The position numbers were made by a program, and so were the translations under genes. From Bigelowiella natans CCMP2755 (taxonomy: Eukaryota > Protista > Cercozoa), in NCBI GenBank assembly GCA_000320545.1, contig ADNK01000005.1:1-64000 (forward strand): a stretch of 64,000 nucleotides of DNA, in the 5' to 3' direction. The notes beneath the pieces were generated by a model. That model worked only from the letters and a program-made list of their open reading frames with translations, did no database searches and had not been told where the DNA came from. How positions within the stretch are numbered: position 1 is the first letter of the stretch; every line of letters starts with the position of its first letter. Of this stretch, positions 1-12,131 are shown piece after piece.

Positions 1-286
1 CATTCTGCATGCAGGAATACGGACCACAGAGACTCAGATTCAACAAACAACTGACGGCGATCATGGATCGCAATGATGAGACCACGCGCCTCACAACCGC
101 AGAAAAAACAAGTCGAGAAGCTGCGCGCAAAGCGCGACATGCTAGACCAAAACATGATGCATTCACATGCATGCGCCATGTGACCAAGGAAACAAACAGA
201 TGCAATTTAAGCGCTGTAGCCGCTGCATTGCACAGCTACATTAGGATGACCATTGAAAAAATTTAAACATTTCATTACATCCGTCT

Positions 287-290
<4 letters not shown>
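1..290 (+). mobile_element. 3' end of a dispersed repeat, probably a non-LTR (RTE-like) retrotransposon relic, followed by a (TA)n run
   Basis: The core 211-290 (gcgctgtagccgc...ggatgaccattgaaa...cattacatccgtctca) recurs at 10265, 28247(-), 28681(-) and 57266-57609. The upstream peptide GPQRLRFNKQLTAIMDRNDE...AARKARH is homologous to the 28330-28499 copy and resembles RTE ORF C-termini. (TA)n at 291-325. Confidence 0.6.
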
Positions 291-329
<39 letters not shown>

Positions 330-411
330 ATGGTGTGCAAGCTTCATGGGTGAGGTACGCCCTATAATTTTCATCAATAACACTTCTGCTCAGATAACTA
401 GATTGTTCCAT

Positions 412-993
412 CTATTCGCAAGCACATTGTTCGGGGCTGTCAGTAGGGGGTCCAAAGCAGTATTTCTGGAAGTTCTTCACTGAAGTTTCACAGCCTTTCA
501 GGACTCCACTAGCCCTATCAAAGATCCCCTGTGAATCAATATTTCCAGCTAAATCCACCAATGATCCATCGCCAAGAGGCTTACAGTCTTCCGTGTAATC
601 CACACGATAATATCTAATTGGTATTTGATAGCAATGTGTTAGAAAATCGTTGTGCTTCCTTTCTTTGCATTCTATGCACAAACCTGTGACAGCCTTTCGG
701 AGGTGCAGGAGAGAGACATTCGGATCCGGGCCCGGAGTGGTGGATGAATGTGAGATTCGCGGTTGGGAACCTGTTAACATGAAATATTTGCTGTGTTTCG
801 TGTATCGTGCCTCGATTCGGGTTTATTGTGTGGAATTGCCGGACCCATTGGGCACGTCGACGTCAACAACAGTCGTGTAGGACTTGGTTACATCCTGCCC
901 AAAATAGAACGTGCAGGGCGGCTTGTCGCTAAGGGTGGCGTCGACATTGATTTTAAGTAGCAGGAGGGTGACGAGGCCAATGAGGGGGCCCAT
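412..993 (-). CDS. Small secreted Cys-containing protein, 3 exons, about 145 aa
   Basis: ATG at 993 gives MGPLIGLVTLLLLKINVDA (signal-peptide-like). Phase-consistent GT-AG splicing joins ...VPNG|FPTANLTF...KGCHR|YYRVDYTEDC...EQCACE*. Confidence 0.7.
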
Positions 994-1240
994 TTTGAAA
1001 TGTGTCCTTAGCGTTGTCTTGTCTTATACTTTTAATTAAAAATAATAGCCAAGAATATCTAAAGTTGCTTCATCTCCTTTTAGTATCCTTGCCAGTCAAA
1101 TAATCATCCTCGATATTTCACATTTTCTACATATCATCTTTCGGAAAGATGCTTTTCTCGCAATAATGGTCTACTTTCTGCCACTTTCCTTTTTCACTTG
1201 AAAACTTCCTAAAGATGTTGACTAAGGGAAGGATCAGAGG

Positions 1241-1291
1241 ATCTCTGGAGATATATCTGGAGATATCTCTGGAGATATCTCTGGAGATCTC
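1241..1291. repeat. Four copies of a 12-bp tandem repeat (atctctggagat) in a divergent promoter
   Basis: Units at 1241, 1253 (one mismatch), 1265 and 1277. Perfect junctions form the palindrome GAGATATCTC. Confidence 0.9.
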
Positions 1292-1649
1292 GAATGGGGA
1301 TGACGACGATCCTTGCGGGTTATTCGAAGCGCAAGCTCCCTTTCACGCACCAACAACTGTCACGCAACAACCACATGCATGAATAATTTCAAGAAGAATC
1401 TGGCATAGAATATAGTGCTGAGATCTTATTTGGGGTGTTGGATATGTGTCTTTGAAGAGGGAGGTTCTATGCGGGCAATACGCGTTACGTCATCGCCGAA
1501 AATGCTTTCTTTATGCATCATTTATAAATTTTCCATTTCGAATCGAAAGATTTGCATTCGATTACAAAGTTCCCACATAGAAATCTTGTAAGCATGATAA
1601 TGCTTGCAGTCACTTCAGCCAATTCTAATGAATCTGTGTTTGTTACCCA

Positions 1650-4041
1650 GTGCTGTTGCTTGGTGCAGTAGCGTCGCAGGAATTGGATGGCACGGAGGGG
1701 GAAGGTCTATCAAAATCAGCAAATTTATCAATTAGTTCTACTTCAACAAAATCATATAATTCGTTGCGGACGCTCTCTTCCCCGACTGCCGTTGCCGTGT
1801 CGAAGAAACTTGCGCATCAGATTGCCTCTTCCCATTCAAAGGATTCATCTCAGAGCAGCAGCAACATAAAAGATGATGAAGGCACACCCTCAGATCTGCT
1901 AATTTCTAGTAATCGTGCATCAGACAAGGGTTCATCTACTGTCCCACAAGCACGAAAAATTGATCTGAGTGCGCAGATTGAAAGCGATATATCATCATCA
2001 GAAGCCAACGACGACTATGGCGAAAAGGGAGACGCAGCAGAATCGGCATCCGCTATCGTATCTTCATCGAGTATAGCCTCGAATCCCTCAAACGTAAAAG
2101 CTGCTGTATCGACGAGTCCGAAGAAAAAGGGCGGAGTTGACGAAGAGGACGATATTGCCTCCGAGCTCATATCAGCAGCATCATCTATTGAAAGCAGCAT
2201 CTTTGTAGATGATAAAGGAGCGGTCAAGAATCATTTGCCAACCGCAGTGGAGTATTCCAAAACTGGAGCGGGTGGGTCAATCGTTGCTGCCCAGGAAACG
2301 GGTTCAGGGGAAGGTGGAGGGTTTGCTGCTACTGAAAAGGAAACTGCTGATACAAATGTGCTAGGGAGAAAGAAACAAACCAAGTCATCAATCGCAGAAG
2401 GGGCTGATATTTCGACCACAGAGACTACTGGTGGTGTAACTTCTACTACTACCACCCCTACTTCTACTACGGTTACCTCTGATTCAAATGAAGATGCTGC
2501 AGCTGTAACCGGCGAGGATATCGCTGCCGACCAAGAAGCTGACGATGTACTTAAACTCCTCGCAGATTCGATTCCTTCGACCACTTCCTCAAGCACTTCA
2601 GTGAATAAAGAGGGAGAGGAAAACGAGTCTCAGTCTTCCCTGAAAACTCTTGCCTCCAATCCAAGCACTATCATCTCTGCACCTGCTAATGAGAAGATGG
2701 AGTCAGAGCTTGATGGTGGTGGTGGGAGTGGTGGCGGTAGTGATACGGGTGATGACGACCTAGAAACCAAGTCTAAAACACTAGCATTGTCCTCTTCCTC
2801 ATTGTCATTAGCTTCATCGGCATCACCGAAGTCGGAAGTAGTCGGAAGGGTAAAGGCGATCTCAACTGCCGCTGCCTCTTCTTCGAGTGAATCTTCCACC
2901 GCATCATCAGAATCAGAATCAAAATCAGCTGGATATGAAAGTATCCCTTTGGAAGAGACTGTAGGCTTAACGGATGGTGCACAAAGAGGAAGCCAAGGGA
3001 AAGAAGATTCGACAGTTGCAACAGCAGCAGTAGTAGCAGTATCCGAGTCTCCTACAGTTGATAATACGGCTTCTGGAAAGCAGCAGCAGCAGCAGGAGGA
3101 GGAGGAGGAAGTCGATACCTCGTCAACAACATCTTCTTTACCTTTATCCCCTTCGATACCAATATCTGAGGAAGAAGAGGGAGGGGGAGGAGGAGGAGCA
3201 GGAGGAGAAGCAGAAGGAAAGACTACAGGAACAAGTGGTACTAGAAGGAAAATTGAAGCAGAGGAAGGAGGTGCGGAAGTGCAAGGTAAGGGAAATTCGA
3301 CACAGTTAACAGCGGGAGAAGAAGCCGCTACTGAATCCAAGGAAAGGGCATCATCGTACTCGTCGTTATCATCCACGACTTCTATGGAAGAAGTGATGGC
3401 TGCTGCAGCAGAAGCACTAGGAACAACAACCGCAGATTTGAACACTTATGATCATACCCGAAATGTTACTGGGGATAGTGATGATGGTGGAAATGGTGAC
3501 AACGTCCTGATCGATTCTTCACGTAAAGGAAATCACGAAGAATCTGGCGTTGATGCTGCTGTCTCAAATTTAAACACATTGGCATCTGCAGCAGATATAC
3601 CAGTAGTAACAAGGGTGAAGCACTCAAAAAAGGTAGAAAATGATGGCAATGGCAAGACTGGCTCGAAGGTTGCTGAGAGAGCGGGCGACCCAGAAGTAGT
3701 AATGGGGAGTGAAGATGCAAGTAATACTAGTAGTACTAGTAATAATTTAAAAACAAAGCCAACGACGACAACGACAAAGAAGACGAGGAAAATAACCACG
3801 AAAACACCAATAAAAATAAGTGATGAAAAGGGTCAACAGCAGGAAATACCTTCTCCTCCTCAAAGCAGTAGTAGCAGTAGCAATAGCGGTAACAGTAGCA
3901 GTAGGAGTAGTGGTGATGACAGTAGTAATAAAGAAGGCGATAATGCCGGAGCCTTAACAGACGACGGCGACAGCAAGGCAACGAAAATCACCACTCCTTC
4001 AACGGTCAAACAAAAAGGCCTTGCTACCAAGGAGGCGCTTG

Positions 4042-4081
<40 letters not shown>

Positions 4082-4379
4082 CAATAATACCAAAACAACG
4101 ATGAGCAGTAGCTCTAAAAAGGAAAGCAAGAAGACGTTGGACAGTGGTTCAAAGACGAAGGAGGACGAGAGAAAAACAGCAAGGATAACGAAGAAGACTA
4201 GTGTCAAGAATTCGGGAGGAAGTGAAGATGATATAGGCACTGCTAGCGGCACGGTACAAACTGAGGACGTTTCAGGAGTGAAGATACCTCCTTCTTCTTC
4301 TTCTTCTTCTTCTTCTTCTTCCTCCTCATCATCATCGTCATCATCATCACTATCCTCGTCATCCCCCACAACAACATTC

Positions 4380-4411
<32 letters not shown>

Positions 4412-4659
4412 GTCTTCGTTGTCGGGATCAGAATCTACAACGCCACAGGACAACAAGAACAACAATGTAAAGCCACCTCCTAAACAGCAGCAGCGGGAAG
4501 GCGAAGAGGAGAAATCCAAAACATTAATCATCCCCGTGCGCACGGCGCCAACAGATCCCCTCGAGGCCGCCTTGGCCGCACAAACGATCGACGAATCGCT
4601 GGGTGATGGTTCAAGCTACGTCGCAGGAACGTTCGAAATTAATACTAGTAGCAGTAGTG

Positions 4660-4696
<37 letters not shown>

Positions 4697-5531
4697 CGGC
4701 CTTACGGGTGCAGCAGCTACAGACTCGACGACTGCTAGCACCGACATGTTCACGATGCCAAAGGGCTCGACGAAGTGGACTCCTGTTCGGAACGCGGCCA
4801 AGCGCTCGGCCAAGTTCAAATCAAGTAACTATCATCATCATCATCATTAAATATTATTACTACTATAGTTACTACTATCTGTTTAGAGAGTGGGAGGAGT
4901 TTTGTGGAGGTTGTATGCATGTGGTGGTGGCGGAGATGGTGGTAGTAGCTCTAAATACTAATCTTCTTTCTTAGCGAGAGCTCGAGCATGTGCCTGCGTG
5001 CGTGCGTGTGTGTATGAGTGTGTATTTGTGTATGGGTGTGTGTGGGGGGGGGGGGAGGGGCTGTATTTGTGTTGCGTTGATTGACACTAGAAAATATTTC
5101 CGTTATGTCAGTGTTTGCTATGGTCGTCTTCATGGGTTGCATCGTCGCTGTATGCGGTTACTTCTACTACCAATCGACACGCACATTTTCTGTGGATGTC
5201 GCTTCCAGCCCTAGAGAAAACATTCGAATGAACGACAGGGTATGTGTTTGTGCGCGTTTCTTCTCTGTGTGAGAAGACTGAAGGTTTTTGGTCATTGCAT
5301 ACGGCTGAACCAACTTCTCGAAACATTTTCTTAGACTTTTGAACTCATTTTCTTTTGTCTCTGCGTTGTGCATTGATATCCTATCGTCTTTGTTAGTTTG
5401 ACCGATGATAGGTGTATATAATATCTTGCTGGCGCAGGCTTATTCACATATACGATATATATGTGTGCGTGTGTGTTTAGGCTGGCCCATACGGCGGAAG
5501 GAGAAAGAAGAGAAGGGGTAAGGATAATTAG
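1650..5531 (+). CDS. Large Ser/Thr/Glu-rich mucin-like type I membrane protein
   Basis: A 3.2 kb low-complexity exon (1650 to about 4824), a possible 15-nt micro-exon at 4975-4989, a TM exon at 5112-5239 (FAMVVFMGCIVAVCGYFYY), and a last exon at 5481-5531 (AGPYGGRRKKRRGKDN*). The true start exon was not resolved. Confidence 0.7.
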
Positions 5532-5686
5532 AAATTGGTATAATCTAGGTTTCAGAGTAAGTTTGCCACCCACCATATGCAGCGCAGCTACAAAAGCGTA
5601 GCAACTTCATTATTTTGAATGCAGCTAGTAGTACATATAAGCGCGGCTGGGATGGTCTGCAATAAATAGGCACTTCCTTCGTCTGC

Positions 5687-5725
<39 letters not shown>

Positions 5726-5819
5726 CTGAAATAGAACGTGAAGAATCTCGTTCGTATTTCCTCGTTGGGAAGATTACATAGTCGCCTGCCGGATACTATG
5801 TTCTGTTTTCTCAACAAGA

Positions 5820-6330
5820 GTTAGTGATATGCTTCATTTATTTGTCTTGATGAAGCATGCTCTTCGTATACGATACGTACTAGCGTACGTACAGAAGCCA
5901 TACGCATGCTAGCATGAGCCAGCGCTACACAATCTATTAATGCATATGCACGCCATTGTGCGCCCGCCAGCTAGTTAGATACGTTGTAGTCAGCTCTCGC
6001 GAGCAACAATATAAAACATGTGTGTACGCACGTCTATGTCACTATTGTTGTCTGGATGTAGGAAGCACATCTAGACATGCGTAATATCTAGACCATGCTA
6101 GCATGCGCTGATTTTAAACATTACATCAGCAGGCACAACTGCTGTTATCATTGTCAGTTATAGGTACGTCGCATCGCTTAGTGGTACTTGTTGAGCGACT
6201 TGCATTCTTAGCATAGATTTTTTGGTATCGCTTGCGCTATGCTCTATGCATCTGACGTTATGCTTATTATGCTGGACATCACAATAATATTTGGAGCTGC
6301 AATATACATATAGTTTACTATGTTATTGAG
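5820..6330. repeat. Decayed repeat-like intergenic block rich in TGCA/CATG/CTAG
   Basis: Composition resembles the other relic blocks. It lies between convergent gene ends and has no ORF. Confidence 0.4.
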
Positions 6331-6478
6331 CTAGTCACTGGTGAAATGCTGTAAAAAATATTTAGTATGTTATGTTCCACGACGATGTTTTGAAGCGCGT
6401 TGTTCAGTTAGACATTAATATCAGATTTTACTTTTTTATCTAAAATGATTGCTGAATTAAATAACGTAAATAGTAGAT

Positions 6479-8041
6479 CTAAAGTGAGAAGTAGAGGCCA
6501 TCGTTGAAATAAATTTCCATATTGCACATCATGCTCTCTAACCCAGCCACAATCTGTACAAAACGACATTAATTGAATCAATAGCTTTCAGGGTGATTTT
6601 TTTCAATTTTTACCTGACTTCTCCCCAAGTTTGGCAGTGCAGCGACGATGCACTCAATAGAGACACCCCCTTGGGTACTTTCCTTCTGAAGCTATAGAGC
6701 CAAATCAAAAGCTGAAAGATGATTCCTAACAGTGGTGTGATGTGATGGCTACCTGTCCCAGCTTTGAGGAGAGAATCGACGTGTCAAAACCCGTCTCTAG
6801 AGCAAGCTTCGGAGGAGATTCCAGGTCAAGTGTCATAGGCTTGGAGGTTTTGGATGATGGTGTTATACAGTATTGTTTTTCGAGGGCTTTGTTCTAATAA
6901 TAAATATAAAATTGATATTGTAAATTATTGTAAGAGAAGCATGATTATGACTTCAGGCTCACCTCCTTGTCAGGAGTAGGCCTTTTCTTCGAATGATCTA
7001 ATTGATTCTTGGGAACTTCTTTCATTCTAGAAGCCCCACCTGCTGATGTACTCTTTTTCATCTTTTTGTGCTGTTGGGGACGAGAAAGATCCAATCTCTG
7101 TAAAGTTGACAAATCTGTCATTTAGATTGAGATTGCGTGGAAATAAACTTACCTTGGGGATCTCTTCGAGAGGATTGCGCTCGTCATCCGGAATCGGTTT
7201 CATACGATTATTCACTTTTTTCCTCTTCTGAGCGGATCGACTAGCTTCTGGAAGAATAATTCGGATGTTCGTTTTATCTTTTCCATTGAAGTAGTAGTCA
7301 TAGTTCTTGACTGTTTCAAGAAGCCGAACCAGCTCCTCTTGGGGATCGCTCTGAAAATTGCCACAATATGAATTAAGACTGATCGTCGAAGGTATAGAAC
7401 ACGACCTTCTCCTTCCAACCGTGGACAGCAATCCATCTTATGCGCTCTCCATTAGGTTGGGAGAGGGTTTCTCGCAGCTTTCCCAAGAAATCGACCGAAG
7501 TTCCAACAGGAGGCTTTTATGAAGTCAACAGAAGTACGTATGTTTAACACTGACATTTCTACACGGTGGATCGATATCGTTACCAAAGGTCCCTTCATGA
7601 TCCTCATTTCCATCACACCGGTTCCATCATCTACGAGGATACGATGGCAAGACCTACCGGAAGTGTACATGTGCTCACAGGTCGAAATGAGAATCCTATA
7701 ACACTAAATACTACCGATTCGGCTCGAGAATCTTAACAACAACACCAAGAAATCTGACACATAAAAGTGGCTCTAACGGTTCTCCGAACATAAAATGAGT
7801 GCCGGAGCAATCGGAATGACAATCGGCCTCCACCCCCTTGTCATGATTCGTGGACGGAGTCGGGACGGCCTTTATTGTTTGCAGATCTGCTGCGTAAACC
7901 TTTTCGTTGTGCATAAAATATTCTCACATGAGCATATCTCACTACGATTAGGGTCAGCATTAATGAACCCACCGTTTTGTGAATATGGAGGGCGGCCTGG
8001 CCCTGTGAGAGGAGCGGGGTGGGGGGAGCACCACCATCCAT
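6479..8041 (-). CDS. OB-fold ssDNA-binding protein, STN1 (CST complex)/RPA2-like, with C-terminal winged helix, multi-exon
   Basis: Exons encode EKVYAADLQTIK, VRFLGVVVKI, RILVDDGTGVMEMRI, WIAVHG and SDPQEELVRLLETVKNYDYYF (STN1-type post-OB helix). The C-terminus reads GVSIECIVAALP...IVAGLESMMCNMEIYFNDGLYFSL*. Confidence 0.6.
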
Positions 8042-8432
8042 GGGGATTCTCGAGGATTCTCTGGAGATTTTTCAGGGAAGAACCGACATATACAATGTCG
8101 CAAAGTCTAGATGCCCGAGCTTTTTTATCTAGGACTGCGAAACAATGCAAAAAAAACAAACACCTTCGCGCGACGCAGGAAATTTCTTTGAGACATCAAC
8201 CCGAGGCTGTGTTATAAGTAGTTATACAATATCCAGGTGGACTCGAACTCTCGACATACAAATACAAAGGAGAATCGAGATTTCGCGTTTTTTCACAGGA
8301 GAGCCAGGCAAGTCTCGAGTCTGAAAACTGGGCCGCAAAACCCAATGTTGGTCGGCGACTGACCTAGCCTCTCACGCACGAACGAGTAGCTTTAGGCTGT
8401 AAACATAGCAGCGGAAAACACAATTTGTTCCT

Positions 8433-9537
8433 ATGGCTGAGGGTCAAGCTACCAGTGCGATGGATGCGAAAAAAGAAGAAGAAAACTCGGAGATGGTGAA
8501 GATACGAATTGACAAGGCCAGTCTCCAGGTGTCAAAATCCCTGCAGCTTAGGCGTCCAGGGTACCTCTCCCTTCTTCAACAAAAAAGCAGATCCGAGAAG
8601 GTTCGACAAAATTCTAATTCATGATCTTGAACATACGTTGAGATATAAAGGTACATTGTATTGGTCGGGGAAGAACCAATCATAAACTCCTGTCAATGAT
8701 TAAACCATACACACACATAACATGCACGCAAAAGACAAATATAGAAATGAATTCCATGCATTGGAAAGTATTTACAATTGCAACACTTCGAAGCTATTAC
8801 CAGTGTGATACGATTATAACGAGCAGCTTTCTTTCGTAGGCTCTGAACAATCAGATGGCAATTATGCTGAATATCGCACTGAAAATGTTTGCCCGGGCGA
8901 ATAGGAAGGTCCTGATTCTATGCAGGCGCAAGGCTGTCTATCAAAGGACGCGGAATGTAGCTCAGTATTTAGACCACGATGATGAGGCCTTCAAGCTTGT
9001 TTATATGAAGTAAATACATTAATGTCTTTTTGAGATCGATCTAATCGACGAATTTATAGGTACTTAAACAACTCCGAAGAACTGATAAAGTATCTTGCCC
9101 AAATACACCATTATGAAGGTTGCTTTAAATAAATTGAATGAAATCATTCTAAAATTTTGTATGTAATCGAAGCTCCAAGTCTCATCATCATGGAAGATTT
9201 AGCATCCTTCTTCAAAAGGTACAACTCGATCAAACAAATCATCTTGTGTCATCAATGGTATTAATTTTCTCACAGTGTATCCGAAAATTCTCATAAAAAC
9301 CACGTGAAGACTGTCGCACTATTGAAAAATGCAGTTGAGTGGGCGAATATGATTGTAAAGAGGAAAGGTACTTTCATCAACAAGTAAACTTATTCGGAAG
9401 CAATCCTTGAATTACCGTCGAAATGCGTAGGTGATGAGATAGGGAGTCGTGCAATCGTGTGTGACCAGGAGAGCACAGGATATCGATGCGATTTGTCTGG
9501 ATTTTATGACATCAAAGCTGATTTTCCAAAATTGTGA
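8433..9537 (+). CDS. SWSAP1-like RAD51/RecA-fold paralogue (Shu complex type), multi-exon
   Basis: The spliced product KVLILCRRKAV...DEAFKLVYMKYLNNSEELIKYLAQIHHYEAPSLIIMEDLASFF...VKTVALLKNAVEW parallels SWSAP1 motifs as I recall them (VLFLTRR, IRFQYP, PSLLLLDGL). Stop TGA at 9535-9537. Confidence 0.6.
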
Positions 9538-9539
9538 GA

Positions 9540-10520
9540 TGCAACGTACAAAAAAGTTCGTTCGCATTTGTGCATCTCAAGTCTAAACATGTACAGTTGT
9601 TGTGTAGTCAAGTGCTTTTGCACACATCGTTGTTGATCCTTTCAGAACATTTACAATGTCGGTCTCGATTTCATACGTTCTTCAAACAAATGTCAACACA
9701 CACATGTCTGGCTAGACATGTTTGGTGCAAACGTAAAGCTAGAAAGATGCAATGTGGGGCAATCTGTACACATGGCGTTATAACTAGCTGCAGCATGTAA
9801 CGCGTTATTTATAGGCGAAACAATTATTTGAACATACGTACCTGACTACATTCATATCTAGATGTGACTGAGCTGACTGAATAGTTGTCTTCGTTCGATC
9901 ATCTTGTATGCTAGCATGCATCGATCACTGCGCGCATTGTGAACAGTTTTGTCGGCACGTACGTGCTGGCTCGATCAGCCAGCCTGTCTGTGCGCTACAT
10001 ATTGCGAGAATGACGCACTGCTAGCAAATTGAGACACGTACAGCTAGCTAGACAGCGCACAACGAATAAGCAAGTAGTTTTTCTGCTAACTAACTCCGTT
10101 GCACAGCGCTAAAGTATAGCTTTTAGAGATCGATGATAAGCATTCATATGCGAAGAATACTGTCTGAATCTTGGGGAGATTCATGTTCGTCCGCTGATCG
10201 ACGAATGCTAGAATGAAACAGCCAGCAGCTGCTGTTATATAGCGGTACTCTTCCCCTACAACATAAGCGCTGTAGCCGCTGCTTTGCATAGCTACATCAG
10301 GATGATCATTGAAAATTATAAAATATCTAATCGCTTCATTACATCCGTCTCACGTGAAGCGTGGCAACGCTGCGATCTAACGACGATTCACAATTTTAGA
10401 AATCAGAAATATTGTGCATCGGCGCAGTACTGTCATCGTATATCCATGTACGTGCACAGAACCAGAAAAGCATGCAAGGCAATGTGTCAAAATACGTGTG
10501 TGTATGCGTCATGTTCTAAC
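9540..10520. mobile_element. Decayed repeat block containing a copy of the dispersed repeat core (10265-10352, +)
   Basis: aagcgctgtagccgctgctttgcatagctacatcaggatgatcattgaaa...cattacatccgtctca matches 209-288. Flanks are TGCA/CTAG-rich. Confidence 0.6.
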
Positions 10521-10554
10521 AAAGAACAAAAAATATCGCTTATCATTCAATCAT

Positions 10555-12087
10555 TCATCGGCTGCGATTTGCTTTTGAGAGCAAGAATTGGATAAAGGGT
10601 GATGAGTGAGAGAACACACCCATTCCATATGATCTGCCGGAATGATTCTGGTAATGCTCTCCTCTGTGGCCATGGTTTGTGTTATTATTGTTCGGACTAC
10701 TTGTGGTCTTTACTTCATCTATCTGTTGTAGTGATTCGTAGTGTCCTCTTTGAGATATCCAAGAGCAACATACAATAATACCAAGGAGAGAGAATGAGGT
10801 TAAAAGAATAATATTGATGAAAACAAAATTCATAAACTCCAGAGGTGAGCCCTAGAGATGATAACGTAAAGGTCAAACTAAACTCCTTATTCGAGTATAA
10901 ATTAAATGTCCATTTTTCCTTTGAAAGCTGTGGTGATTTGGGAGCACGTCATCAAACATTAATTCATTCCATCAACTTAAACACAACTGACCCATCCCCC
11001 ACCGCCATGTGGAAGAGCGCGATACTGGGCCGCTTTTCATTGTACGGGGCAGCTCCGTCGGGAGATGAAATCTTCGTGTGTATGCGTGTAAAAGGAAGTA
11101 AACAATTTATGTATAAATTTAAAAGCTGTCGATTCGCAATTGTCCTAAGACCACTACTTACTGTTGCTACTGTTGATCTACGACTACTACAACAACAACA
11201 ACAACAACTACTACTACTACTACAACTACTATTTCTTGTAGTATAATTGCTGCTCTATGTACCCTGATGGAGAAATCGAGTTTGCCAATATCAGGGTTCA
11301 TGTACACGGTGAGGAAGAATATATTCACTATGTGGGGCACGAATAGGAGTGAAGGTAGCGGAAAGAGCGAAGAAGGGAAGAGGCAGGGAAGAGGCAGGGA
11401 GGAGGGAGGAGGAGGGAGGAGGAGGAGGAGGAGGAAGGAGAAGCAAATGTGAATAACCGATGGAGGAAGCATAAATGATGTAATAATAAAACGGACACTG
11501 CTGCTGCTGCTGCCTGTACCTTGGTAGTAGTGGGCCACATGCATATTATGCGTCGGTCCAACTGCACAGGAACCATCTCTACGAGACAGAGAGAGAAATG
11601 AAGAGAGGGGGGCGGGGGGGGAGGTAAACATAGCACGAATGAGTAATTCAGCACAAAGATTGACTAGATGAATGAAAACATGAAGGTAGGTACCGATATT
11701 CACTGATGTATTGCTCGTAAGTCGTAACCTATCCATGATGATCAGACACGACAACAAAACACAAGCTTGATATGGTAACGAATACGAAAAAGAAAGAAAG
11801 AAAGAAAGAAAGAAAGAGAAAGAGAGGAAGAAGATAGGTTAATTTAGCAGACTACATTTGAGACGTCGTACCTTGCCCAGATGCTTATCAAACCACTTAC
11901 GATCCACTTGAGTCGCGAGGTAATTTCGCCATGCACGCCCGAGCTGACAAATGGAGGTGGGAGAGGCAAAGAGAAAGACGACGACAACGATGGATGATGC
12001 AGAAATCACATAGTAACTAACTTGGCATGTGTTTAACAGTACTATATATTCGCAGAGAGAAAGAGAGAGATAGAGAGAGAAAGAAAG

Positions 12088-12131
<44 letters not shown>

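Noticed and set aside
1241-1291. Short repeat array considered as CRISPR-like
   Set aside because: There are no spacers, the unit is only 12 bp, no cas genes are present and the context is eukaryotic.
2015-4543. Long antisense ORFs opposite the mucin-like exon (and likewise opposite SMC2 and 61468-62928)
   Set aside because: These are shadow ORFs of stop-poor coding sequence with no independent motifs.
8233-8262. GTTCGAGTCC on the minus strand resembles a tRNA T-loop/B-box
   Set aside because: The flanking bases do not form a T-stem and there is no cloverleaf upstream.
8950-8975. gcggaatgtagctcag resembles a tRNA 5' end/A-box
   Set aside because: It lies in frame inside the SWSAP1-like exon, and no T-arm or acceptor stem follows.
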